A stretch of 64,000 nucleotides of DNA from Dictyostelium discoideum. Taxonomy: Eukaryota. The notes below the pieces were generated by a model. That model searched no databases, had not been told where the DNA came from, and worked only from the letters and a program-made list of their open reading frames with translations. The DNA lies in NCBI GenBank assembly GCA_000004695.1, contig CM000154.2, positions 4,768,001 to 4,832,000 on the forward strand, written 5' to 3'. How positions within the stretch are numbered: the first letter of the stretch is position 1; each line of letters starts with the position of its first letter. Both the position numbers and the translations under genes were made by a program. Positions 46,229 through 62,915 of the stretch are shown in pieces.

Positions 46229-46596
46229 TTTCAAATCTTCTAATAATTTCTTATTGTTATCTAAAAAAAAAAGGTGGCAATTTTATATTGGTGGTGTATT
46301 TGATATTCCATGTAATCCAAATTCACTTGATCATGGTATTTTAATTGTTGGTTACTCTGCTAAAAATACAATTTTCCGTAAAAATATGCCATATTGGATT
46401 GTAAAGAATTCTTGGGGTGCAGAGTAAGTATTTTAAATTTTAAAATAATAATAATAAAAAAAATAATAATTTAGTTTACTAATAATTAATTTTGTTAAAA
46501 AAAAAAAAAAGTTGGGGAGAACAAGGATACATTTATTTAAGAAGAGGAAAGAATACATGTGGTGTATCAAACTTTGTTTCAACTAGTATAATTTAA
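44963..46596 (+). CDS. cprA: Papain-family (C1A, cathepsin L-like) cysteine proteinase, probably cysteine proteinase 1. Six exons: 44963..45032, 45213..45563, 45675..45838, 45932..46143, 46274..46423, 46512..46596.
   Basis: Signal peptide [18 protein letters not shown]. Propeptide [10 protein letters not shown]...NKFADLS. Active-site QGQCGSCWSF spans intron 2. Also [11 protein letters not shown] (His) and [13 protein letters not shown]. All introns are GTAAGT/GTATGT...AG with trinucleotide-repeat content and conserve frame. The cprA assignment rests on my recollection of the N-terminal sequence and should be verified. Confidence 0.85.
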
Positions 46597-46620
46597 ATTT
46601 ATACCAAATATTTAGTTTAG

Positions 46621-46654
<34 letters not shown>

Positions 46655-46824
46655 ATTTAAAAATAAATAAAATTTTTTATTAAATCTAAAAAAAAAAAAA
46701 AAAAAAAGAAATAGTGTTTGTATATATATGTATATATTATTATATTTATTGTTATTGTTACATTTATTTTAATTATTTAATATAAAAATAATTGGATTTG
46801 TTTTTTTTATTTTTTTTTTTTATT

Positions 46825-48027
46825 TTATGGTAAAACTTGAATTCTAAGACCAATAACTAATTTATCTTCATCAGTTAACCAACCATTTGCAGAATCAACA
46901 TCAACAGTTTTTAAAGTTTTTGGATAACCCCAACCAGAAGTTGCACCACCATTAAAAGTATACTCTTGAATTCTATAAGTTCTATTTTTACGAGAATCTT
47001 GATTATTAAATACAAATGTAAATGAAACTTTTACAGCTGGTTCATTGATACTAACTCTATAGAGGTAAGCAGAGATATTACCTTTATTAGATTCATCATA
47101 ACCATTTGGGTAAAGTGTTAATTTGAATTTATTATTACCAACATCCAAAGGGACTGTACTAATACCTTCATTCACTCTTTTTAATTTATGAGTTGAAAAT
47201 GTTGCGAAAATAATTGAATTTTTAAATCTTGGTAATAGTGATAATTTATTTGAAGCGTCCATTGATAATTGTTCCAATTTAATCACCCTTTCTAAAAGTT
47301 TTTCATATTTATTATTGATTTGGTAGATTTGGTTCTTACATTCAACCAATTCCAATTGTTGGTTATTTATAACTTTGTCCATCTCAAATGAGTGATTCAC
47401 CTTTTCATAATGGTCGGCCAATTCGAATCTTTTGAAATCAATAGACTCATTTTTACTATTATTTAGACAACAATATTTACATTTTACAATTGTAAATTTA
47501 CAATCTTGATCTATGTGCAGTCTTAATTGTTCCCTTGGGAATGATTTTTTACAAGACTCGGATTGAGTGCATTGTATTCTAACTTTTGGACAAACTAAAG
47601 CATGAGCATCCAATTGACCTGGTATCTCCTTATCACAATGTAAACAATACTTTGAACTGAATTTACAATCTATTTTATGTTCGGCAATTTGCTTTAATCT
47701 TAATATTTTATCACATCCTGTGAATGGACATTTTTCAAATCTAAATTGACATTCAACTTGATGTTTCTCTAATGCTTCAACTGTAATTATCTCTTTACAA
47801 CCATTTGATTCATCCCTTATCAATGCTTCATTCATTGATGAATCATCAACATTTACATTTTCAATAAAGAAAAATGAATTTGGACAATAAACTTTTTTTT
47901 TTAAAAACTCATTTTCAATAAATCTATTTCTTGATAATTCATTCATTGAATTAACTGGTGTTCTACAAATCATACATTCTTTTTTATTTAATAATGAATC
48001 TGACCAACATGATTTACATGCTAAATG

Positions 48028-48068
<41 letters not shown>

Positions 48069-48254
48069 TTTATCTTGTGTTATGTATATATATATATTTT
48101 TTTTTTTTTTCAATCCTTACCCATCTCTACATTGAAAAACTTCTTTTTTTGAAGAACTTGAATAATATAAATCAAAACAAATTGGGCATGTAAAATTATC
48201 TGATAGTGATTCATGATCTACTAAAAGTTCATTAATTGAATATTTTACTGTCAT
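46825..48254 (-). CDS. TRAF-like protein (RING, TRAF Zn fingers, MATH). Two exons: 48121..48254 and 46825..48028. Here the intron splits the RING finger instead of the MATH domain.
   Basis: Exon 1 reads MTVKYSINELLVDHESLSDNFTCPICFDLYYSSSSKKEVFQCRDG, then GTAAGG...poly-T...AG, then (G)[27 protein letters not shown]. This continues into the 382 aa ORF and ends with the MATH domain (...WLTDEDKLVIGLRIQVLP*). Confidence 0.8.
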
Positions 48255-48311
48255 TTTATGATTTTTTTTTTAATATATATTTATTTATTTGGAAAAAATT
48301 AGGATATGATG

Positions 48312-48346
<35 letters not shown>

Positions 48347-48557
48347 GTTTTAAAAAAAAAAAATTAAAAAAAAAATAAAAAAATAAAAAAAAACTGATTA
48401 AATTTTTAAGTTAATCTCTCGAAAATATCTTTTTTTTTTCAGTTTCCAAAACAATTATTTTATTTTATTTTTTATTTTTTTTTGCCCAAGTTTTCACACA
48501 CAACAATTTTTTTTTTTTTTTTTTATTTCTGTTCTATTTTTATTTTTATTTTTTTTT

Positions 48558-49206
48558 TTATTGCCCAAATAAAGATTGAAATAATTTTGGAAATAATGAT
48601 TTTTCATTAATTGATAATTGTGAAAACCAAATTTTCATTGAATTAATATCATTTTTATCAATTGGAAATTGTTGTAATGATAAAGCAGTATTCATTTTGA
48701 AATTGAATGAAAAATCAGTATTTTCAGTATCCAATAGAATATAATTTAACATATTATCCTTTAGGATTTGAATACCTTCTTTTTCAATTGAATCACTATA
48801 ACTATTTGAACACATTAAACCTATTGAATAGATTATTTGATTTTTTATAGTTTCATTTGTTAATACACCAATTAAAATCCATAATTTAGTAGCAATCAAT
48901 GTATTATGAGACCAAATCCAACCTAAATAAATTGATAATAATTCTAAACTTAATAATATTGTAAATATTTCTTGATATTCTTGTTTTTGTTCTTGTTGAT
49001 TATTATTACTATTATTTTCAACAATTTCAATTAATTCATCAAGTTTTAAAATTAATGCATTTGAATAATTCTCTAAATTAAATTCATTATTAATTGGTAA
49101 ATTTATACATTGAAAGAATTTTTTAAATTTCCTAGCCTATATATAAAAAATAAAAAATAAAAAATTAATTAGTACAAAGATGTTAAATATTTAAAAAATT
49201 TAAAAC

Positions 49207-49296
<90 letters not shown>

Positions 49297-52200
49297 TACA
49301 ATAATTGAATTATCTTTTAATGATAATAATTTAAAATTTAAAATTGCAATAAATGTTTTTATCAAATAATCACCATCTTTTGATTTAAAAAATAAAGGTA
49401 TAATTGATTGAACGATTAAGAATATATCGATTCTAATTGTTGAATATTCTTTTAATGATTCATAAAGTAATGTTTGAATCGGATAGAATTGTTGTAAAAT
49501 TTGACAAACTGAACATAAAACTTGACATAAAAATAATGATTGTGATTCTTTTATCATTGATAATGAATTTATTATTGAATTTGAAATTTTCGATTTCAAT
49601 AATATTGTACTTATCATTAATTTAAAGAAATTAGATTTAAAATTATCATTACTCTTTATAAATTTACAAATTAATGAAATCATTGAAAGAAAACTCTTAT
49701 GTAATGGTTGTGTTGTTGAGTTTGTTGTAGTTGTAGTACTAGTTGTTGTTGTAGTTGTTGATGTTGTAATAATTGAATGACTTAATAAAAGACGTTCAAC
49801 AATTGAATAAAATAATTTTTTCACCCAAATTGTTTCATTACCACCATTTTCTTTCCATGATTCTAATGATAATGATTTATATACAGGTTCAATTGAATTT
49901 GAATCAAATGATGATTGAATTTTTGATAATTGTTCATCAATAAATTTATATGTTAAATGTTGACTCTTATCAATTGGTTTTGATTTTGGTTTTGATTTTG
50001 GTTTTGGTTTTGGTAGTTGTGATTGTTTTTTTACTGTTGTTGTTTGTTGTGGTAGTTGTGGTGGTTGTGGTGGTTGTTTTTGTTGAGTAATAAGTGGTGG
50101 TAAAGAATCAAATAATTTATTTCTTTTTTCATTTGGTTGAGAAGTTTGTATTGCAGTACTACTCTTTTCAATTTCTGTATCTGATAATTTTCTTTTATTA
50201 TTTTTACTTGGTGATTGTATTGTTGATTTTGGTGGTGGTAAAGTTGTAGTGATGGTTGTAGGTGTAGGTGTGGGTATTGGTGTTGGTATTGGTGTTGGTA
50301 TTGGTGTTGGTATTGGTTTAGCAGCTTTTATCTTATTTTCTAAATTCTTTTCAGCCAATTTTTGCTGAAGAGGTTGTTTTTTATTCTTTTCTGGTGATGG
50401 ACTATTAATTGTTGTTTCAAATATACCAGGTGAAATTGGTGAAAATACTGAAAAATCTGATGAAACTGCATTCAACACTGAGTAAGGATCACGTGTTATT
50501 TGGTTATTTAATGATGATGATGATGATGATGATGATGACGATGGTGGTGTAAGTATAATTGGTGTTGTTTCAAAATTAGTTGGGGTTGTAACTATATCTG
50601 TTGCCTTGTTTGTTGTTGGCGTTGTTGTAGTTGAATTAGAAATTATTTCTGATGTTGGTGTTGCTGGAATTGATATTGATATTGGTATTGGTGTTGGTGT
50701 TGTTGTTGGATTTGGTGTTGTTGGTGTTGTTGTTGGTGTTGTTGGTGTTGTTGGTGTTGGATTTGAAATTGTTTCAGTTGATATTGGTGTAGGTGTTGAA
50801 GTGGTGGTAGCATTAGGTATTTTAGTAGTATTGTTTGTTGGTAAATTTAATGTTTTAGTAGTTTTAGAAATTGTTGATTTTTTAGGTATTGTTTTTTTAG
50901 CAGCACTAGGTTGAGGTTTAGTAATTGGTGGTGGTGGTGTAAATACCTCAAGTTCAATTGATTTAATTTCTTTAATTTCTTTATCAATTTCCTTATCAAT
51001 TTCCTTTTCAAATACTTGATCCTCTTTTAATTTTCTCTCATTTTCCAATTTCTCTTTTTCCTTTTGTTTTTCATTCTCTAATTGTTTTTGAATTTCAATA
51101 TCTCTTTCTTTTTCAATATCTCTCTCTTTTTCAATCAATCTTTCTTTTTCTTTTTGTTGTTCTAGCTTTTCTTTTTCCAATCTCTCTTTATCTAATTTTT
51201 CTTTTTCTAATCTTTCTTTTTGTTGTTCTTTTTCCAACTTTTCTTTTTCTTTTTGAAACCTTTCTCTCTCTAATCTTTCTTTTTCTAATCTTTCTTTTTC
51301 TAATCTTTCTTTCTCTAATCTTTCTTTTTGTAATCTTTCTTTTTCAAATCTTTCTTTTTCAATTCTTTCTTTTTCCTTTTGTAACCTTTCTCTCTCTAAC
51401 TTTTCTTTTTCTAACTTTTCTTTTTCTAACCTCTCTTTTTCTAATTTTTCTTTTTCCTTTTGTGATCTTTCTCTCTCTAACCTTTCTTTTTCTAATCTTT
51501 CTTTTTCTAATCTTTCTTTTTCTAATCTTTCTTTTTCTAATCTTTCTTTTTCTAATCTTTCTTTTTCTAATCTTTCTTTTTCTAGTCTTTCTTTTTCTAA
51601 TTTTTCTTTTTCAAATTGTTCTTGTTTTGTTTTTTCAATTATTTCCATTTGTTTTTGTTTGATAGTTAACATTTCATCAATTTCAAATAAATTACTACCT
51701 ATATCATCATCCTCACTACCAAATCCTGGAATATCGTTATCATCTGATTCTGTTTCTGTTTCTGGTTCAGACTCTGAATCCGAATCATCGCTTTCTTCAT
51801 CAGATTCTTTTTCACTTTTATCATTATCCTTCATTAAAATATCTTTTGTAGTATCATTTTCTAAAATTGATATTTGTTGTTGTGGTGATGTTATAGTTGT
51901 TGTTGCTGCTGTTATTGTTGGTGACGGTGGTAAAATTGTTTTTGTGGTTGTTGTTGTTATGGTTGGGGGTGAGGTGGTTTTAAAAATTGGTGCATTTATA
52001 GTGGTGTTTTTCTTTTGTGGTTGTATTGTTTGAATAATTGGTGTTAGTGGTGATGTTGTTGTTGTTAAAATTGGTGGTGATGTTGTTTTTGTTGTTATAA
52101 TTGGTGGTGGTGGTGTTGTTGTTATTGTTGTTGTTGTTGTTGTTGTTTTTATAATTGGTGGTGGTGTTGTTTTTATAATTGGTGGTGGTAGTGATGGTGT

Positions 52201-53569
52201 TGTTGTTATAATTGGTGGTGGTGGTGATGTTGTTGTTATAGCTGGTGGTGATGTTGTTTTTGTTGTTGCTATAATTGGTGGTGGTAGTGATGGTGTTGTT
52301 GTTTTTATAGTTGGTGGCAGTGGTGATGTTGTTGTTGCTGCTATAATTGGCGGTGATGATGTTGTTGTTTTTGTGGTTGTTGTTGCTGCTGCTATAATTG
52401 GTGGTGTTGTTGTTGTTATAATTGGTGGTGTTGTTGTTGCTACTATAATTGGAGGTGATGTTGTTTTTGTTATAATTGGTGGTAATGTTGTTTTTGCTGC
52501 TATAATTGGTGGTGATGTTGTTTTTGTTGTTGCTGTTGTTGTTGCTGCTGCAATAGTTTCAAGTACTTTGGTTCCATCCTCCCAAAAATCTTCTTCATAT
52601 TCTTCATTAATTTTATTTACATTTTCATTTACATTTACATTTACATTTACATCTACATCTCTATTTTCAAACAAATCACTATTAATTTGCTCAAATTCTA
52701 TATCACCTTCCAATTCTTTTTCTTTTTCTCTTTCCCTTTTTAATTCTTTCTCTAATTCTTTTTCTTTTTCTAATTGTTTTTCTTTTTCTAATAACTGCTT
52801 TTGATTTTCTTCAAATTGAGAGATTGTCATATTATCATTATCATCATCGTAACTTAATCCAATATCATTATTATTATTATTATTATTATGTTCCTTATTA
52901 TTATTGATTTCATTATCTTCATTATTAATATCATTTTCTAAATCTCCATTATCATTAAATGATGGTATATTATTTAATTGATTAGCTAAATCATCATGAT
53001 CATCTTGTTCATTTACTTTTTTTCTACGTCTAGTTAATGTTTTTAATTGTGTTTCATTATTATTATTATTATCATCATTATTATCATTATTATTATTATT
53101 ATCATTATCATTATTTTTGTTATCATTAAATTTACCACAACCAGGACAAGAGAAAGAGAAAATCTTTTTTTTTAAACTTGTGTTATCTTTTTCTAATTTC
53201 TCAGATTTCTTTTTAAATTCTATATATTTTTTTTTATATTCGTCAAATAATTCCAATTTCTTATTGGCTTTATCCATATTTTCTAATAACATACTATAAC
53301 TTTCAACCTTTGCACGAATTTGAACGTTTAAAGAATTCATTGATATAACTTCAGCATCTTTTGATGCCAATTCTTTATTAATTCTTTCAATTGTTTCTTC
53401 TAATTTTGAAATCTTTGTTCTTAATGGTAAATGACTATTAATTTCAGTATCTAATTGAAACTTTAAATTTTTAGTTTCTTTTTGTTCATTTACATATAAT
53501 TTTTCAAAATGTTTTTCATTATTATTATTATTATTATTACTACTATTACAATTATTTTCAAAATGTTTT

Positions 53570-53631
<62 letters not shown>

Positions 53632-54030
53632 GTTATTATTATTGTTCCTATTATTATTAATAATTTGAATTTGATTATTTAATTTATTATTTAAATTTTC
53701 TATATTTATATTTTTTTGTTCCAATTGAAATTGTTGATTATTTAAAATTAATTTTAATTTATCATTCTCTTGTGTTATAAATTGGTTTTGTGTTTGAAGT
53801 TCTTTAAATCTTGAAACTAATGAACTAGTAGCTATAATTTTGGATTTCATTATCATTAAATTATTATTTACAATATCATTATTATTATTATTGGTGGTAT
53901 TGTTATTATTTACATTTTGGGTTGACATTGGTGTTGAGTTTATTTCAACAATTTTATTTTCATTATTTTTATTATTATTATTGTTATTATCATTATTATT
54001 GTTATTATCTGTATTTGTAAAATTATCCAT
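48558..54030 (-). CDS. Large low-complexity protein of about 1.77 kaa (Asn-rich N-terminus, coiled coils, (EKERL)n array, TTSPPII/TPTP Pro-Thr repeats, structured C-terminal region). Two exons: 49300..54030 and 48558..49136.
   Basis: ATG at 54030. After ...LKDNSII an ATT|GTAATT donor is followed by an (AAT)n intron and a TATATAG acceptor. The frame continues [25 protein letters not shown]...[10 protein letters not shown]...KLFQSLFGQ*, matching ORF 48558..48899. Confidence 0.7.
51480..51600. repeat. Perfect tandem array of a 15 bp unit (tctttctttttctaa, about 8 copies) encoding (EKERL)n on the minus strand. The degenerate array extends over 51000..51640.
   Basis: Exact repetition visible in the sequence. 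Inside the CDS 48558..54030. Confidence 0.9.
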
Positions 54031-54682
54031 TGTCAAAAATTTTATTTGTCTCTGGAAATTTTAAAAATAAAATTAAAAAAAAAAAATTAAAAAAATAAAA
54101 AAACGAAAAAAAAAAAAATAAAAAATAAAAAAAAATATTTTTTTTATTTTTTTTTTTAATTTAATTTTTTTTTTTTTTAATTTTTTCCTATTAAACCACT
54201 ATCAGAAATTTCTTTATTATTTATTTATTGTTTTTTTATACCATTCTTTATGATCAAATAATAATTTATTTAAAAAAATAAAATATCAAAATTAGAAAAA
54301 AAAAAAAAAAAAACTAAAAAATTTAATTAAAAAAAATAAAAATAAAAAATATTTTAAGCGTCAGATATTTATTTTTCAAATGGAAATTTGATTTTAATTT
54401 TTAAATTAATTAATTTTAAATTTTTTTTTTTTTTTTTTTTTGTATCAAAATACAATTGCTTTTTTTATTTAAAATTTTTTTTTTTTTTTTTTTTGAAAAA
54501 GAAAAAAAAAAAAAAATCTATTCAAAGTTTTTTCATATTAAAATTCAATTAACATAATATTTATTGTTATATTATATAAATATAATTATTGAAAAATAAA
54601 AATAAAAATAAGTAAATAAAATAAAAAAAAAATAAAAAATAAAAAATAAAAAATAATTATTTAAGACGGATAAATAAATTAA

Positions 54683-54721
<39 letters not shown>

Positions 54722-54799
54722 AGAAAGAAAGAAAGAAAGAAAAAAAGAAATAAATAAATAAATAAATTTAAAAATAATAGTAATAATAATAATAAGAAA

Positions 54800-59065
<4,266 letters not shown>

Positions 59066-59308
59066 TCAAAATAATTTGTATAATCAAAAAATTATAAAAA
59101 TAAAAATAAAAATAAATATATTACATATATATAAAAAATAAAAAAGAATAAATTAATTTAAAAAATAAAAAATAAATAATTAAATTAACAATATCCCATT
59201 CCTATTTTTGTTTATTGTTTTTTATTTTTAATACATATATTCTTTTTTTTTTTTTATTCTTTTTTTATTGGTATTTGTATATCTTTTTTTTATTTTTTTT
59301 TTTTAATT

Positions 59309-59853
59309 TTAACCTAAGAAATTGAATACAACAAGGTGAAGAATTAAATTGCATAAAAGATAATCAGTGAATGCTCTTTCAATTGAAATGGTTTTACCAA
59401 AATTGTTAATTGGATTAATTTGAATTCTTAAACATACTATAATTGATAATTTTAAATATTGAATAAAATTGATTGTTTTTTAAAATATAAAAAAAAGGGT
59501 ATTAATATTTGGTATTATCATTATTATAATTCATTATTAATTATTAATTATTTATAATATTAGGGGTGAGTGGTGGAGGAGGAGGGAAATTATTTTTTTT
59601 AAAAAAAAAAAACTTTACCTGTTAAAACAAAACAACCAACAGTTGAAATGAAAGCAGCTAAAAATGAATTGAATGGGTAGGTACCAACCAAACAACAATA
59701 TGTGAATACAATTACACCAGTAATGAAAGTATATATAAGGAAAAGATCAATAATCTTTAATTTTTGTGGAGTCTTTGAATAACTCTCAAAAAATGATTTA
59801 ACAATTGATGTAAATGTAAGATTATTTGATGATGTTGATGCTGTTGTTGACAT
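59309..59853 (-). CDS. dad1: DAD1/OST2, an oligosaccharyltransferase subunit (defender against cell death 1). Two exons: 59619..59853 and 59309..59436.
   Basis: Exon 1 reads MSTTAS...[57 protein letters not shown] donor and a TTATAG acceptor lead to exon 2, (V)[41 protein letters not shown], which matches the conserved DAD1 C-terminus. Confidence 0.85.
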
Positions 59854-59919
59854 TTTTTATTTTTTTTTCTTTCTCTGTGGTCTAAATAAAATTATATCTT
59901 GATGATCACAAATTAATTT

Positions 59920-59953
<34 letters not shown>

Positions 59954-60277
59954 AAAAAAAAAAAAAAAAATTAAAAAAAAAATTTTTTGAAAAAAAAAAA
60001 AAAAAAATGAAAATGGAATTGATTAGCAAAACGATTGAATATCTTTACTTTTTATTTTTTATTTTCTGGGCTTTTTTTTTTTTTTCTAAAAATTTGTTTC
60101 CAATTCAAAAAAAGTATCCTAATAAATAATAATAATAATAATAATAATAATTTTTTTTTTTTTTAATTTAAATTTGTAATTGTTTTATTTGTTTTGTGAT
60201 ACAATATTTATTTATTTAGTTTCTTTTTGTTCCTTTCCAACTTTCTTGAATGAATTTCTATATTGGTCATATTTTTC

Positions 60278-60444
60278 TGTTCAATTTAGTACCATCAATA
60301 TCTCACCTTCACTTTTAGTTGGTTGCAACCAACTAAAAGTGAACTACAGATTATTCTACCAATACCTCACCTTCCTTTTTAGTTGGTTGGTATTGGCAGA
60401 ATAATATGATGTTAACGCACCAACTAAAAATGAAGGTGAGATGT
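60278..60444. mobile_element. MITE-like foldback element of 167 bp with 35 bp terminal inverted repeats (33/35 match) and internal sub-repeats.
   Basis: Left end gtaccatcaatatctcaccttcacttttagttggt. The right end accaactaaaaatgaaggtgagatgttgatggtac is its reverse complement with two mismatches. Possible AATTT flank duplication. Confidence 0.65.
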
Positions 60445-60725
60445 TGATGGTACTAATTTGAGGGGGGTTTATTTTTGAAATTATTATTCTTTTTTAATTG
60501 GGCAATTATTTATTTTTTGTTTTTTATTTTCTATTATTTATTATTTTTTATTTTTTTATTTTTTATTATTTATTATTTTTTTATTTTTTTTTTTGAATTA
60601 TTATTCTTTATTTAATTAGTAACTGTTTGCTTATATTTTTTAATTTTTAATTTAATTATTTAGTGTTTCTTGTTTAAATTCTTTTCTTTTTTTTATTTTT
60701 TAATCTTTTTTAATTATAGAGGGTT

Positions 60726-60800
60726 TTTTTTTTTTCTGTAGTGATTCTTGATTTAATAAAACATCATTGGTTGAAAATTCAAAATTATTGACTGACAACA
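60726..60800 (-). pseudogene. Isolated N-terminal fragment of a TRAF-like gene (about 25 codons).
   Basis: The minus strand reads [25 protein letters not shown], matching the conserved TRAF-like N-terminus [25 protein letters not shown]. No RING follows. Confidence 0.5.
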
Positions 60801-61080
60801 TATTTAATAATATTTTTGATTTTAAAGATTATTCTAATTAAATAAATAATGAAAAAAGTAGGTATTTTTTTTTTATTAAATTGAATAGGTGTAGAGATAT
60901 GAAAAATAAATTATAATTAAATTTCCAAAAAAAAACCATCATTTATTCTTCATGATGGTTTAAAAAAATAGGGATAAGACACAAATAAATGGGAAAATTT
61001 TTTAAAAAAAAACTTAAAAAAAATCAGAAAAAAAATATTTAAATAAAAAAAATTGAAGTTCTTTAGATAACTTGGAAGTT

Positions 61081-61284
61081 ATGGGAATTCAAAATACTGA
61101 ACAAGCAAATACTCAAAATAATGTTTCAAAACGTTTAGAATTTCAAAATCGTGAATTAATCATTGAACAATTAAATCAAGCAATTCGTCTTTTATCGAAA
61201 GATCAACGTGCTCTTAATGTTTTAAAAACTGAAGTTGAACATCAAATTAAAGAAAAAGAAGAAAGAATTAAACAATATATATAA
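61081..61284 (+). CDS. Hypothetical small coiled-coil protein of 67 aa. The first in-frame ATG is at 61081, because the ORF-track start is a TTG.
   Basis: Open frame MGIQNTEQANTQNNVSKRLEFQNRELIIEQLNQAIRLLSKDQRALNVLKTEVEHQIKEKEERIKQYI* with non-biased composition. There is no further support. Confidence 0.3.
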   Translation: MGIQNTEQANTQNNVSKRLEFQNRELIIEQLNQAIRLLSKDQRALNVLKTEVEHQIKEKEERIKQYI

Positions 61285-61424
61285 ATTAATTAATTATTAA
61301 AAAAAAAATAAAGAAAAAAATATATTTATTTTTATTTTTTAGATTTTTTTTTTTTTTTTTTTTTTAATTATATTTGTTTCAAATAAAAAAATAAAAAAAA
61401 AAAAAAAAAAAAAAAATTAAAAGA

Positions 61425-61505
61425 TGCCTTTTCAATATTGCAAAGAAAAAAAAAATTAAAAGATGCCTTTTCAATATTGCAAAGAAAAAAAAAAATTAAA
61501 AATTA
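61425..61505. repeat. Tandem duplication of a 41 bp unit (aattaaaagatgccttttcaatattgcaaagaaaaaaaaaa), about 300 bp upstream of the esterase gene.
   Basis: Two exact adjacent copies. Confidence 0.85.
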
Positions 61506-61774
61506 AATTTGGAAATAAAAACTTTTTTTTTTTTTGGAATTTTCGACTTTTAGAGTAAGTGATTTTTTTTTTTTTTTTTTAAGCAAAATGATTGGATCTT
61601 TTATTTTCTATTAAAATTAACAAAATAAACAATTTAATTTTGTTAAAATTATTAGAAAAAATTGCTTATAATAAGGTTGTAAGTTTTTTTTTTTTTTTTG
61701 GTTTTGGTCGCCTAAAAAAAAAAAGTATAAATAAATAAAAAAAAAAATTAAAAATTTAAAAAAAACAAAAAAGA

Positions 61775-62788
61775 ATGGATCCAGAATCATTTGGTTTAGA
61801 TAAAACAGCTATTGAAATTTGTAATAGCTATATGCCAGTATTAGATATTGAACCAAGATTAATTAGAGAAGGTTTTAAATCATTATATGATAATCAAAAG
61901 AAACATATTAGTAAAACCAAACAATATCAATTAAATAAAGAGAATGGTGATAGTTTAATGGATGTTCATTTCTTTTATCCAAATGGTTATGAACAAAATC
62001 CAGTCGACCATAAATATAAAGCAATATTTTATATTCACGGTGGTGGTTTTATGGTTGACGGTATTAAAAAATTACCAAGAGAAATTAGTGATAGAACAAA
62101 TTCAATTTTAATTTATCCAGATTATGGATTAACACCAGAGTTTAAATATCCATTAGGTTTAAAACAATGCTACCAATTATTCACAGATATAATGAATGGC
62201 AATTTCAACCCATTCAATGATTTAATCAATGATTCAATTTCAATAGTTGGTGAGAGTTCAGGTGGAAATTTCGCACTTTCTCTACCATTAATGTTAAAAT
62301 TAAATAATTCAACATTTTTTAAGAAAATTTCAAAAGTTTTAGTATACTATCCAATTACCGATTGCAATTTTGAAACACCATCCTATAATAGATTCTCAGA
62401 GAAATTCTATTTAACAAAGGAAGGTATGAAATGGTGTTGGAATCATTATACAAATAATGATTCCGATAGGGATGAAATCACTTGTTGTCCATTGAAAGCC
62501 ACAATCGATCAACTAAAAGATTTTCCAGAAACTTTGGTTATCACTGCTGAAACCGATGTCTTAAGTTCTGAAGGTGAACAATTTGGTTTAAAATTATCAA
62601 ATGCAAATGTTAAAGTTTCAGTTTTAAGAATTTTAAAAACAATTCATGGTTTCGTTTCACTTGACCAAACAAATGATAGTATCGCTTGTAGAGTTGGTAT
62701 GGATTTATCGATGAACTTTTTAAATAATATCTCAAATAATTCAATTATTAATGAAAATAATAATAAAACTTTATTAAAATTACTTTAA
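61775..62788 (+). CDS. Alpha/beta-hydrolase fold-3 esterase/lipase (arylacetamide deacetylase / HSL-like).
   Basis: 337 aa ORF with real ATG. HGGGF oxyanion-hole motif (FYIHGGGFMVDG). GxSxG nucleophile elbow (VGESSGGNFALS). C-terminal His region (TIHGFVSLD). Confidence 0.8.
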   Translation: MDPESFGLDKTAIEICNSYMPVLDIEPRLIREGFKSLYDNQKKHISKTKQYQLNKENGDSLMDVHFFYPNGYEQNPVDHKYKAIFYIHGGGFMVDGIKKLPREISDRTNSILIYPDYGLTPEFKYPLGLKQCYQLFTDIMNGNFNPFNDLINDSISIVGESSGGNFALSLPLMLKLNNSTFFKKISKVLVYYPITDCNFETPSYNRFSEKFYLTKEGMKWCWNHYTNNDSDRDEITCCPLKATIDQLKDFPETLVITAETDVLSSEGEQFGLKLSNANVKVSVLRILKTIHGFVSLDQTNDSIACRVGMDLSMNFLNNISNNSIINENNNKTLLKLL

Positions 62789-62915
62789 AAAATAAATAAA
62801 TAAATAAAAATATATATTTTAAAATAAATAAATTTTTATATATAATACAATGATATTACTTGTTTATTTAAATAAAAGTGATAATATTTTAAATAATTAT
62901 AATAATTATTATTAT

